From the NCBI GenBank assembly GCA_012295275.1, contig CM022674.1, positions 1,426,001 to 1,490,000 of the forward strand: DNA of 64,000 bases, read 5' to 3'. Origin of the DNA: Chrysomallon squamiferum. Taxonomy: Eukaryota; Animalia; Mollusca. Made by a program: the position numbers and the translations under genes. This document shows positions 42,213 to 56,725 of the stretch, piece by piece. Within the stretch, counting starts at the first letter, position 1. Each line of letters starts with the position of its first letter. The notes below the pieces were generated by a model. The model did not search any database. It saw only the letters and a program-made list of their open reading frames with translations, and was not told the origin of the DNA.

Positions 42213-43373
42213 CTTAGGTTGGTGACAAGTGAAAACCTTCGACCCAACAATAGAACAAGCAGTAAAGCTTGTCGCGCCCGTTTCGTGCAAATAACAGATT
42301 GTTTAATGACCTTCGAAACTAGGACACGGTTAATGCAATCACAAAACTATAGTTCGTTTCTTATAATTTGAATTAATTTATTGTAAATTATAGGCTAATT
42401 TCACCAAATTTTAAAACTTTTTACGACTTGATAGCTTTTAATTTTGTGTTAATGATTATTTTCAAATTATATATTTTGATAAAATAAAGGGTGGCATGCT
42501 TTTTCGTAAAATATTTGAAACAGCGTTGCCGTCAATCTATCCTGGCACGCCCTCTGAGCAAGCTAGCTGGCCGCCATGTGGCTTCATTGTTGCTGGGCGG
42601 CAGGCTGCTCAGAAACATGGCGAAACTCTTAGTCCACCAACCGGATTAGAAAACGGTAGACACCTTACTTTTTAACGATGGATATTAAATACCAAACAAA
42701 AGAGGATACACTATATATATATTTCTGGAGATTACGTGGAAAGTTACAATCTCTCGGAATATTAATGCATCTTTGTTCGCACAACACAAAATGGTGGACC
42801 TTACCCAACAAGACCATACAAAACGGATGTATAATTGAATAAAGTTTGTGGAAATCATTACCCCTTTTACTTGGTGCTACTTATTAAAAATGGAATATAT
42901 TAGCTAGTTTCGTTTTTTTCTAGTGGTTTAGTGGATGTACCAAGTTGAATAAATATTGAGTATAGTATTTCTATGGTGAAGGCATAATATGGGTTTAACA
43001 AATCCAACATGGCGCAGACGGAGCTGTTGAAAGGATAATCAATAGCTGGGTGACGTGGTCGGGGGAAAAACAAAGTTGTTGCTTTATTTTAGATTTATTT
43101 TAGTTTTATTGTAGAATACACTTAACGCATGGTTCTATAGGGTCATTGTTAGCTATTGATTTTGTTGATTAATGACAAAAACACACCTGGGCGCGTAGTG
43201 CGAAATACGGGATAAATTTGAAACGGGCCATAGGTTTTGGTGATGACGTCACCCAAACATATTCTGCCGAGCGCGTAGCAATCGAAAGAGTTGTGTACAT
43301 TCACAATGTTCACAGTTGTTAGTAGTTTTATGAAACAGCACCCTGTTTCATAAAACCATGTAGTTGCAGGATA
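42213..43373. promoter_or_regulatory. Probable bidirectional promoter/5' UTR region between the amidohydrolase and SPEN
   Basis: 1161 bp between divergent ATGs; CpG-rich; full CRE TGACGTCA at 43244-43251; half-CRE TGACGT near 43051; YY1-like GCCGCCATGT (42570), AAACATGGCG (42613) and CAACATGGCG (43005). Confidence 0.7.
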
Positions 43374-43456
43374 ATGGTACGTGAAACGAGGTATCTTTTG
43401 GTACGTGATCTACCCGAAAAGTCTTCCGAAGAAGCGGTTATTAACCATTTTCAACG
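43374..43456 (+). CDS. SPEN: SPEN/SHARP (split ends, Msx2-interacting protein) first coding exon, 83 nt; the rest of the gene lies beyond the window
   Basis: MVRETRYLLVRDLPEKSSEEAVINHFQR|gtaagt resembles the SPEN N-terminus MVRETRHLWVGNLPENVREEKIIEHFKR, with a phase-2 donor in the Arg codon. The exon is too short for the ORF track. Confidence 0.9.
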
Positions 43457-46400
43457 GTAAGTCTGCAAATATGATTCGATAGACTTGCATGATGGTCATT
43501 CTGTGTGCATGGGTTTTCTTTTCTTATTGAAGCATTTTATAAACCCGTGCAGGTACGGCTCCATTTCACGGAATACTTGACCACACGGTATTAAAGGATA
43601 TATTATTTACGTTCATCAAACATAGAATATTTATTTATTCTCTTGAATACGTGAAATGTATTTATAATATTGTAACCACGTGGATTTCGATACCGCTGGA
43701 ATGATCATCACTACCTAAGATATATATTAATTAAAAAAATAAATTAAAAAAAAGTGACGAAATCTCCATTACCGTAATCATTTTCTTAAAATATTTATTT
43801 ATATTCGTGTACGAAAATCGTGTTATAAGACAAATGTACATAGGTTCACGGAGTGGTAATTATTATTCTCAAACGTCAGTACTGGTAAAGTACTAATAAT
43901 GTTTGTAGTTATAAGACGACTAACATCAGACTTTTGTTGTTTAAATCAGGGAAATAAAAAACATGATGAAATGATATTCTAATAACTGAATCGGCTTTGA
44001 GGAACTAATGTCTTGTGAACAGTCTAGTACAGTGTCCTAGTTAGAGGAGTTTTCTACAATAACAAATCTTGGCCTGTTTTAAATTCAAAATGTAGATGAA
44101 CAACACAAGCGGCAAATTCATTAAAAAAAGATAAATATAAATAAATAAAAGGTCGTTTTCATTCTCAGCCAGTACTAATAATTATCAGAACTGCTAGACC
44201 TTCATTAATTTGACTGTTATATGATTACCCATTGTTTCATTTCTATTTTTGTATTTCTTTATTTTTTCATTATTTACCTTTGTTTGGACTGTATCATTTA
44301 TGGTCTGTCTGGCTGGTTGGAAATCATTATTATTATTATTTTTTTTTTTTTTTTATATGTAACAGGAACAAAAACAAAGAAAAACAAACTATAAATAAAA
44401 TCAATAATAATAAATGTTTATAATTTTTATTTCTTTGCACTGGTTAATTTTATTATGATTATTTTTTTTTCAACCAAAATTTTCAGTTTTAATTATGTAA
44501 ATTAGATATAAAGAGAAGTGATATAAAATAACTTACACTTTCTGCATGCATATATTATATGAGGCTGTTACTGAGTTATTTTTATTATAATGTCAGTTGG
44601 ACATTTAATAACAGTAACTGATATAAATGTAATTATTTTTAAATTTTATTTAATAACGAAAACATCTGGACTATATGGTAATTTGTTATGAACATTTCAT
44701 TTTTATTTATTCAAAGAATATAAAATTCTACCTTTATTGTTGAAGAACTGTTATTTTGTTGAACTTTTCCGACTATTTGTTTTTTTTTGGGAGGGATGTC
44801 AATTACAAAGTAAACATTTTGTCATATTTTTACAAATTTAATGTTAGTAAGTAATTTATTTATTTACTTTTTTTGGAAAAGTATTTTTTTATCTGAACTG
44901 GCATATTATTGTGTTTCCCAGTTTAAAACCTTCACAAACTATAGCAGGTTCTCTATGATTTGACAGAGGATTTTGGCGTAGGTGATAAATGTACCTATGC
45001 CACAATACATAACATGTTTTACTGCTTGTGTTGACCTGTTTTTGCTTGAAGGACGGATGCATTTCTGACCCTAGTCATGATTTATTGCAGTTTTATGACA
45101 CACACACACACAAACACACACTCATGCAGACCACAGCTGCATCCCTAAATGATATACATTTCTACTTATGCAATATTTATAATTCATTTTTTAGCTGAAG
45201 TGACAGAAAATTCTGTCTTGTGTTTTTTTCTTGCACTTAAATAGAGTTAGTGGCTGTATGCTAACGTCAATAAGAATTTTTGATGCAACACGTTATCTCT
45301 TTATATATTTATTTAATAACATTATTTCTTACCCTGCAGCAGTAACCTAGATAATACTTCAAACATTAAGCCATTTATAACCATAAAATTTTTGTTTTGA
45401 AGAGACTCAGAAAGATAAATAATAAAATAAAAAGATGTACTCCTCTGCTAGATATGGGTTACAGATGAACTTTTGGAATCTTTTATTTTTCAATGAAAAA
45501 AAAAAAAAATAATAATTAAGAGACGGAGTATCAAAAACAGTTGATGTATTAAAAATGGAGATGTTAGTGAATATATTAATTCAAGTTCGGATGGAATGCA
45601 AATTGAGTGCATCGTTAATAACATGAATGTATTAAAAATACATCGCTGATGGAAATATTAACTGAGTTTGGGACAGTATACAGATCAAACACTCATGTTA
45701 ATAACTGAATATATTAATAACAAATTGTTGGCGAAAATATTAATTTAACGTGCCAGGTGTATTCTATAATACGAGCTGAAAATATTAAATTGTGCTGATC
45801 AACAGTTTGAGTCTTTGGGTATTAACATCAGTCGATAGCTTTTCATCAACATACTTTGATGATGGGAGATAGCAATGGTTTTACTTAATAAAAAGATATG
45901 TCTCTTGGCCTGATTTACTTTATAACTGGAGATAAAACTGTAATTGAAAAGGTTAAAAATAGACAGTAATGAAGGGAGTATAAGATTAACTATTTACTGT
46001 TATTATCATGCTCAATATGGGTTGGGTTATCGCATGTTACCAGCTTAGGCTATTTCATTAATAATAATTCTTATGAATTCTGATTATTTATTTATTATTT
46101 CTGTGTGCAGAATGTTGCTAAGTATTAAAGTTCATCAAGAAATAACAATTAGTGGTATGTATGGAAGAAATTACAACAAAGTCGGCAGACTGTGGAATCA
46201 ATGATTGATTGTATGCAGTATTACATTTTTATTTCATAATTATGACTAGCTATTAATTTCAAACATTTTAATACTGTCAAAAATACAGATTATAACATTT
46301 GATGGAACTATTTGTAATTTTACATAGATATTTGCAATGTGATATTGAACAGTATATTCAATTGATTGTACAGTATGGTACAATAATAAATACATTATAT

Positions 46401-47366
46401 AAATAAAAGGTGCTAAAAACAAACTCTGCATAAATGAATATTAAACAAACTGCTTAGAGATGTATATTCAGTTGAAAACCCCATTCAACAGTAGACACTA
46501 AATAATGAACATACAGGCCAGTAAATAACGGTATTAAATAATAAATGATTAACATATCAGTAATACATGATAATAATAATAAACAACTAACAAATATACA
46601 TGTATTAATAAACTTACTGGTAGTAACTAACAGTATTAAACATAAACACACATAGAGGTTGTAAACAATAGCATTACTAAATATATACAGGCTATAAATA
46701 ATAATATTAAATAATAAATATTATATGTTGTAAATATTAGTATTAAATAATAAATATATGTTGTAAATATTAATATTAAATAATAAATATTATATGTTGT
46801 AAATAATAATACTAAAAATAAATATATGTAGTAAATCATTCTATTAAATAACAAATAAACATATGGCTAGTAAGTCACAATATTAAATAACAAATAATGA
46901 ACATATGGTAGTAAATAATATTGCTGAACAGAAAACACGTGAGATAAACAATAGTATTAAACAGTAAAGGAATGATAAATAATGAATGTCATGTTCTAAC
47001 ATAATTATGCAGGGCACAACAGACAGTATAGTCGCGCAGTAGAGAAAAAAGAACCAGGATGTCGAATAATTCTGAAAGCCAGTCAATATCGCTATAGAAA
47101 TGTAGAGATATTTATCAATTGATTTTTTCTCATTCTTTTTTTACTTGAATGATTCATGTCTATGAATAGGCTTGAGTAACATTGCTCTGTGATCAGAGAA
47201 TACAATTTTATATTAACACAGTGCATATCAAGTGGCTGATATTTGATCTTGTTTTGGTTTTTTTAACAACATTCATGTGTTAATAAATAAAACAAACAAT
47301 AGCTATAATATTTCATAAAGAATTCATGTTATTTCTATTTTAAAGTTATTTATTTACTTATTATTA

Positions 47367-47437
<71 letters not shown>

Positions 47438-47899
47438 CTATATATATAAAGCAGAAACTATCAACATTAATGTTCTTTCTTTCTTTATTTTTATAATTCA
47501 GAAACATTTTACTATCATTGTCACTGCTCTACATTTAACAACATTTTCGAAAAAATAAAACAGAAGAAAAAAAAAAGAAAAAATTCTTTATTATCCTTTT
47601 TCACTGGAGTTCATTATCTTTGCCACAGAATGAAGGTTATTTGTTCCAGTATTGTGTAACACAGAACAATAAACTACATTGTGGGCCTGTAAAAGCTGCT
47701 GGAGATGTTTAATAGCTGATGTGGTAGCTTTGTCTCAGTGTCTGCTGGTTTTGTCATTATAGCGACTGGAGTTTTCAACGTTACATAATAGTATTGCTGC
47801 AGTACTGCCTTAACATAAATGGAGTTCTTAGTTGAGGTAACAGTAACTGGAGTTTCATGATAACATAAACAGTAAACACAATTTTTGACTAAAAAGTAA

Positions 47900-48290
47900 T
47901 AGAAATAGGATGTGACACAAAATGCTATGTTATTCGTACACATCAGTGACTTTTGTCTGTACATAACATTTTTGTCTGCATAAATGTGACTGGAGTATTG
48001 TCTGTATATACATCCTTTTAGTTTTGTCAGGTACCATAATTTTGTCTGTAAAAGTGATGTTGTGTACATAAATGTTATTGCAATATTGTCTGTATGTAAT
48101 ACTCATTACTGTTTTGTCTGTATAAAAATGACTACATTTTTGTCTTTATACAAAAATTTGGTTTCTGTCTGAATGAAAGTGACTGCAGAGTATTTTGTAC
48201 CTAGGTGACTACAGTTTTGTATGTATAAAAGTAACTACAGTTTTGTCTGTATAAAAGTGATCTTTCTGAAAGATTTAGTTTTGTCTGTGC
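47900..48290. repeat. Degenerate ~26-bp tandem repeat (GACTACAGTTTTGTCTGTATAAAAGT-like)
   Basis: The TTTTGTCTGTA core recurs many times. Confidence 0.75.
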
Positions 48291-48804
48291 TTAATGGTTC
48301 ATGTTTTAACAGTGACACGAATTCTGTTTTCCCCCTGTATCATAAAGTTACATTTTGACTGCACTGATAATGAACACTGATGTTACTGTAACGCGATGAA
48401 TAGAACTTGTTCTCTCTGACATCATGTTACGATTTTAATATCTGATTATTTGTACACGCAGCGTTTGTTCAATTACCTCAAGCATACAAATCCTTCTGTC
48501 ATGTGAAGTGATACTGAAGTGTTATCAAAGCAAAAAAACCCCACATAAAATAAAAGAAATTGATGGGTTTGGATTTTCTGGTGAGTCATATAAATACTGG
48601 TGTTTTGTTTCATTCATGAAGCAAGGCAGACATGAATATGGGAGAGAAAAGTAATCAATAAAAAGTAGATGAAAATGGTGTAGTAAGCTTTCTGTACTTC
48701 CACCAGGAAGTTTCTGGTGATTAATCGGTAACATGTTTGACATAGTGGTTTTTTCATGAACTTATCATTCTGTAACTTTATATGCATCTATTTTTATATT
48801 TGTG

Positions 48805-48849
<45 letters not shown>

Positions 48850-49217
48850 TTTGGTGTTTATTATCTATACATCTATTTTCATTTGTATTGTGTATTTATG
48901 TTTGTTTTGGTTTGGCCTGTATATATATGTGTGTGTGTGTGTGTGTGTTATTATATATGTCTGTTTTTATTTGGTCTGGTGTGTGTGTGTGTTATATATA
49001 TTTCTATTTTTATTTGTATTGATATCTACATGTACAGCTATATCTGTATTTGTATATGGGGGGGTATGTGTGTTTTATTTGAAGATACATATAATTGTTA
49101 TTACTCATTTATGTATGCTTGTACATATTGATGAATATTAGTACGACTGTATGTGTTTTGATGTAACTGGTTGTTTGTGTGATTATTGTTATATATGTGT
49201 GTTTTGATATTTGAATG

Positions 49218-49268
<51 letters not shown>

Positions 49269-50352
49269 ACCTTCATGTATGTAATTGTCTTTATATACCT
49301 TTGTTGATGTGTATGTGTGATATTTTTATTTTATTATCTGTTTTAAAAAAAAAAAAAAAAAAAATTAACTTAAATAGTTGATGGTTAACCATAGTTTCTT
49401 GATTTCCTATTTTGCACTTAACTGATGTTGGCTTTTTAAATTAAACCTCTGGTAAATAACTTCAGCTTTGGATCATTGCTGTTTATCATTAACCGAAAAG
49501 TGTTTGATATTTCAAACCAAAACAGAAACTATGTAAGTGTCAGTTATTTGATACGTTAATGGTTAAATATCACTTTTTATTTAATTTACATAATAAAACA
49601 GTAAAATGTTCTCTCTCTCTCTTACCAGTCTGTGACGAACACACAAACAGTTTTTTTGTTTAAATTATTCCCATAAATTATCATAAGACATACACATGCT
49701 ACTTGATAGTTAAGTATCACTTTTCTTTTTATTTCAGTACATCATATAAATTTTAAAACCTTGTTTTGTTATCAGACTGTAACAGAAATCTGTTGTCATT
49801 TTCCCATAAATTATAATGTGATGCAACCTTCGCTCCCAGATAAAAATAAATTTACCACATCACTAATGGCAGAAACCTGTCCAATTTTCTGTCCTGTTAA
49901 CAAACTTTGGCACCTTCTCTGTGTGTGTGTTTGGACAAATTGCTCTGGATTAATTTATATACTGGCTGCTTTGGGCAGGTTATGCAACATGAAAAGTCAT
50001 TTTTGCCTGTGGGCATCATCACCACACAGATGCTGCTGGCAAAGATTCTGGTAGTGTCTGTTCATATGTAGGTAAATGTTTTGTAGTTCTTCGTGCTCCA
50101 GTAAACAGCAGCTACAGTCCAAACAAATGAAAGAAGATTAATTGATAAAATAAAAATGATGATAATAATAGTGATAAAAAAAAATAGGCTGTTGATTGAT
50201 ATATTGCTAGATTAATCCAGACTTGTAGGTGGATGTAGGTAAAATGGAATACCTAGCCCTGATGATAATTTTAATGTAGTCTGTAATGTTTTATATTTCA
50301 GTGACATATTTTACACATATAAAACAGATACATATATTTTATTTGTTTGTGG

Positions 50353-50388
<36 letters not shown>

Positions 50389-50422
50389 GTGCATGGTAAA
50401 GTAATAACCTTTTTTATATATA

Positions 50423-50466
<44 letters not shown>

Positions 50467-50674
50467 CTTGAACATTGCATGTCTTTCTTCACTAGGTCAG
50501 ATAAAAAACTATTACTTTCCTAAGGGATTAACTGGCTTCACATTAAGTGCAATTTTATGTAGAGCTAACAAATACACTGTATTTGTTTTGTTCAAAACCC
50601 ACAATGTTGGTTTTAGAGTGTAATGAAGCATGCAACATAACATGTAAGTTAGCTCCTCCTAGCTTCTCAATTAT

Positions 50675-50760
<86 letters not shown>

Positions 50761-51938
50761 TAAAAAGGAAAGAATTACTTTGAAAAAAATATAAAAGTAG
50801 AAACTATTAAGATTAAATGATGCTATTTAAATGTGTACAGAGCTTTAGAAAGCACGATATAAATAATAAATGATCAGCACAAAATATTAATCATTTTCAG
50901 TTAAGTGGCTTCTTTAGCATTGGCTGGGTCGAACTGTTTTCTGATGAAATCTATTTTTGTTGCAGGCACCCGACAGTGGCCGATAGCATGAAGTCACGTT
51001 AAGATAATAGTACGTTGAAACAAAATACGTGAACTTGACCAGATAACCCTTCCCACCCCCCCAAAAAAAAAAAGATTATGTCGATTCAGATTTTGATTAT
51101 CAATGTTATAATAAACATTTTTTATTTATTTATTTTTTTTTATCATAGTTTATTGACAGTCAGTATATTCTTCATATAATCTTAGTATGACCCACTCAAA
51201 GAGATAATAAAGTTGCTTGTTATAAAGAGGTAGTTGTTAGACAGGGTTTAAGCTTGCATTAAATAAAATACATCAAGGTGACCATCGCAGACAGGTTACT
51301 GCTGTACACAGGTGACCACAAGAGCAGGTCTGACTGCATTTTGTGAGTTTGAGAGTACGTTCAGCCTGCTGGTATGTATGTAGGTATGTGAAAACATGAC
51401 GAGGCGTGTAGTCGCAGCTGAGATGTCGTGTGTATGTGTTACAGCATGTCTTTGTTCACGTCTGACTCATTCAGATAACAATACAGAGTTACCAACAGCG
51501 TGACCTGTTCTGATAACGTGGAGGAGATAACCTATCTGTAACACGGCAACGTGGTCAATACCAGCCGTATTACATACTCTCTATCTATATATATATATAT
51601 ATATATATATATGTTAATGACATTTAATATCACCTGGCTTGTAGTACAAGGAACGTTCTAGATCATATTAGCCCTTCTTTTTCTCTCTCTTCATATGTTT
51701 GTTGTTTCTTTTTTTTCTTTCTTTCTGTATTTATTTTTAATTTTAATAAAAAAATTCCTTCCAATTTCTGAATATATCTGTTTTTCTGTGCTTCGTAGTA
51801 TTACTTTTTTCTCTCTCTCTCAAATATCCATATGTTTCCAATATCTCTGTCTTTATCTCTCTCTCCTTCTTTTCTTTCTCTTGTTCACTCACTCTCTCAA
51901 TTTGGTAAGATCTCCCTCTGACAGTATGTCTCACATTC

Positions 51939-51969
<31 letters not shown>

Positions 51970-52304
51970 GTCTCCCCTCTACCTACATACAGATCCCTCC
52001 CACAGCCAGTGCTTTATGTGCTGGAACAAAAATAAATGTTTGAGGTGTGATTAATGTTACTGATATTTCAGCTCTACATAGCAGACAGCAATACTTTTTC
52101 TGGTGTTTTTTTTTTTTTTTAAATGTACTCTTGCTTGAATAAAGGCCCTTGTTCAGCTGGCATATGTTTGTGAATAATGCAGATTATAAGCTTTTATTTA
52201 AACGTTTTTCCTAAAACAAATTCAGGCTTTCTTGATATATATATATATATATATAATGAAAAATAATTAACTATTTAAAGAATAAATATTTTGTTAGACT
52301 GTCC

Positions 52305-52335
<31 letters not shown>

Positions 52336-54892
52336 AAAAAAAACAATTTAAACAACACCAACAAAAGAAAAAAATTCATATAAAGAAAAATTCTTATTTC
52401 TGAACTAAAGATATTTTGTTGCAGTTATAAATAACTCCAATTTTTGTGTTTAAAAAAATGAATATATATATATATATAATATATGTAATGTAAAAATAAT
52501 CTTCTTGCTGTTTGTATTGTGAATAACAAATGCATGTTGAGATATTTTTATTTACTGTTGCATGTCAAACTGAGATACAGATAGATACTGTCATATGCTG
52601 TAGAAACCATTTTTTTTATTATGAATAGAAACTTGCTTATTCCTTTATAATTTTATTATTGTGAGTAATAAAAATTGATAGTGTTAAAGTAGATGGAGTT
52701 AGTAAGTTTGTAAGTTTTCTTATGAACTGATACTGAGTTTAAGTTATTTTTGTTAAAGGTATATCCAGATTAATTTTTCAAAATTATGTAAACACTGGCA
52801 TCATGGATTAATGTTATGTAATTGTGGATCTTAATCCCACTGTGGGTTCTAAAAATACTGCTTAGCTAAACATATAATAATCTTACTGTTGGTTTTTGAT
52901 GAATATATTTGTGTTAGAAGTTAGTCATAAATCAAAATCTGTCAAATATTTAGTATATTAAAGAACATCTTTGAATATATTTAATGAATATCATTAGACA
53001 AAAAAAAAAAAAAAAAAAAAAATCATTTGTAAATACGCCCATATTTGTTACAAAATTTATTTCAGAAATCCATTCCGTTTTTATTCAATGGCTTCTTGTT
53101 GAGGCAGAATGTTATATTTACATGAAGAATATTAAATCGGATTGAATAAAAAAAAAAATAATAAAGAAGGAAAAGGTTAAACCAGAGGGTTTTATTGTTT
53201 GAGTGTGTACATTTTTCACCCTGTCCTTTTATGGCGAACTGCGCAGAGATTTTTAGTGTCACCTGATTCAAAGAGGTGATATTGATTTTTGCTTCTTGTC
53301 TCTTTTTCTCTAGCGAGCTAGCCAGCCTGTACTTTTGTTGGCAGAGTTGTTCACGAAAGGCTGTTAATTTAAAAAAAAAAAAAAAAAAAATTAGAAAAAG
53401 AAAATGCCATCTACAAAAACACCTGGAAAAATAGACCTCATAACCTTTTAAATGAAAATTTATATCCATAATGTGCTTTTGTAGACTTACTAAATCGGTA
53501 AGAAGTCATTTGCAACATTTATTATGTCTTATTTCTTTTTTGTTCCATGTTGTATAACACTGAATATGATTTAAGAACAAAAAAAAAAAGAAAAAAAGAA
53601 AACGAAGAAATAAAAATGTAAAGGAGAAGAAGAAGAAAAAGAAAACCTCAGAGCTTTTTCACTTTTTCGTAACGACTGTCAAATACTGTACACGTCCTGT
53701 TCAGAGCTTAAAATAGACTGCATAGCTCTGGCGAAGGGAAATTGTTTGCCCATGCAAATAGTGTGCTGTTGTCATGACAACCGGATTGATCTTTGCCTGG
53801 CTGTTATCAAGGCTGGAAGGGTTGTGGCGGAATGCCAGCACGGTGGTGTGGAGGTTTGGACGCAGGCCAACAACACACTGTTTGTGCAGTTAGGAACTGG
53901 TTTATCAGGTTGCCGTGTATAAGCAGTGTTGCCGGGTCAGAAGTCTCCTCTTTATGGCTGGTTAATTTAGCTTGTGGGAGATAGCACTGTTCATGGTGTA
54001 TTGTGACAGGCTGTAATCTTGGCTTGCATAGCCCGTTCTGTTACACAGTGGAAAGTTCTAGCAGTCTTGTGTTCCAGATTGAGATTGTTTTTTTTTTATT
54101 TATTTATTTTACGGTTTTGGTTGAGAAATATTTTTGTCCCCTGTTTCAGATTAAACTATAAGTAATACTCAGTTTATTTATTTTTTTATTTTTTTTTTTT
54201 TTTTATTTTGGCAGAGAAATTATTGTTTGGTTGTATATGTGTAATGATGAGTACTATTATTGTTGTTGTTGTTATTAATTGTTCTTTTTTGGACAATTTT
54301 ATGCTACGATAATTTGTATTATACAATAAATAGCAATGAGATTATGTTGTGATTATTACTATTATTATTATCATTTAAATTTTGTTTTTATTATTTGATT
54401 ATTTAATTAACATTGTTTGGCAAAGTCAAGGTTAGAATGTACTTTTCACAAAGTAAACACTGGAAGCTAAAAAATTGTTAAAATAACAAAATGTTTTGAA
54501 AATTACTATTCTTCGAGAAATCTTTAGCATTAGCAATATGTTTTAATTTGTTAAGAAAGTTCATTTTTTTATTCAGGAAAGCAAAAGGAATTTTTTTTTT
54601 TATAAAAATGAAAACATCTGGCATACATGTGTTGAACTTGCCATTAATTAAAGCCACATGTATCACACATTTAATATGCTATTTTTATGTTCATTGTAAT
54701 CTGGTATTATGATGCATGCTGGGAAATCCTGGTTGCCCTAATATTAACGTGAAGGTATTTTTTTTTTTTTTTTCTTAGCTTTGTTGATTTATATCGATGT
54801 GATTTTCCACTTGAGTGAATGTGGCGAGTAGATTATTTTTGTAGCATGTGTGCTGAAACTAGTGCTGGAGGTTATTGTTATTGTGTTAGAAA

Positions 54893-54932
<40 letters not shown>

Positions 54933-55392
54933 CTGTACACAAAGATGTACATAGTAAATGTTAGATATACATTCATGTACTGAAACACACAAAAAATTTG
55001 TTCCAGTGTGACTAAGAAGAACAAAATGAATTAAGAATGGAGAATATACTGAACAAATGAATTAGATAGAAACATACTGCGTATATATTGTCAACCGTGT
55101 ATGTAGAAAATGTAAAATATATGTTGATATATGTCTGTATGTGATGCAGCTGTGTGTTAAATAATTACAAATGATACCAGTGTATGACAGAAGGAGTGTG
55201 TGTACATCATTGTGTATTTTGCCAGTCAGTGTGAATTCTCAAGTTTTGTGAAGCCGTTATTTTTGTATATTATCCAAAGTCAATTTACAAAACAATTTTT
55301 TAATATATATATGTATATATAGATTTTTTCCCTGGTTCTTGATAAATGAAAAAAAAGCAATAACACTATATATATATATATATATCCCCCCC

Positions 55393-55423
<31 letters not shown>

Positions 55424-55855
55424 AAAAAACCCAACCCAATGAAGAACAATAAAACAGAAAAAGTCCCACAAAGGAACAACAACAAAACAAAACAAAACAA
55501 AGCAATAATGAGAACAACAATAAAATAATACTGGGTGTTTTCATCATAAGTGAATGTATGTGTGTGATTCAGTCAGTGAACAAGATGTTTTACTAACTCC
55601 AGCATGGAAACATACACCACTTCACACATATTAGATATCAAACAATGGTTTTTCTCGAAGGCTAAACAATGCTTTTTGTTTGTGTTTTTTCGTTTATGCA
55701 GTTTGAAAATAAAGCTGTGCCACACAGTAAGCTTGTTAAGAGCCACCATTAAAATATTTTGTTTCTGGTACATTTAAAAAAAAAAAAAAAAAAACAGTAA
55801 AAAGAATTTATTATAAAACAGTGTAATAAATAGTTTTATGGAATCTTTACTTCAA

Positions 55856-55894
<39 letters not shown>

Positions 55895-56692
55895 TTATTA
55901 ACTTACAAATTCATAAAAATTCATTTATCTTAAACCAAGGCAGATAATGAGATTGGTTACTGTTTTTTTTCATGATTATTGTTAAAAAGAATGGAGAGTA
56001 ATTTTATGTTAACAATTTTATGAAATTCTGTGAGTTGTTATTATCGATATTTTTGATTTTATACTGCTTGTTATGAACGTCCTTAGAAATGCTGCTGTAA
56101 TACTGGAGCCATTTTTCATAAGCTAATTCATAAAATCCTTACTGTTTATAACCTAAAGATCAGATTATTGACTTTGGTAGACATTCACACGAAAAGAAAT
56201 ATCCACTTAAAAATACATAAAATAGCACACCCCTTTCATGAAATATTTTATCATCTCGCTAATCACTGGCATTTGCAAGATTATCTTTTAACTATCTACA
56301 CATTTTTCTTTTTTTTAAAACCTACAGATTTTGACCTTCTAGATCATATATTTTTGTTTTGTTTATTATCGTTAAACAATTGCCCTTGAGGGTGCCAAGT
56401 GTTTGCGTGTACGTCTCTAAGAAATCTATTTTGAGGCTGATTAATCCGAAGCCCAGCATGGCCTGAAGGTTGGGTCAGCTATTTCGTCAGACTGCTACGT
56501 GTACTTGAAGCTGGATGACTCATACTCATGTGCTTTGCCACATAATTCTGCACCATATGTTGCTGCCTGGTTGTTGTTGGGGGTTTTTTGAAATTTTATT
56601 TTTATTAACAGCACCAGTGTTCACATATGTAGATACATGCAGAATCTGTATATGTATGTACGTACGTATCTTTGTTTTGATACGAATGTATT

Positions 56693-56725
<33 letters not shown>

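Noticed and set aside
45452-45510. Candidate SPEN exon 2 (tag|A TAT GGG giving R-Y-G)
   Set aside because: It continues LQMNFWNLLFFNEKKK into an A-run with no RRM/RNP1 similarity.
45555-45650. Faint LINE reverse-transcriptase-like peptide KNGDVSEYINSS
   Set aside because: No following QG motif or extended frame; the resemblance is too short to support.
50966-51002. Possible SPEN poison exon after ttgttgcag
   Set aside because: There is an acceptor-like site and an early stop, but no good donor; such sites are expected by chance in 20 kb.
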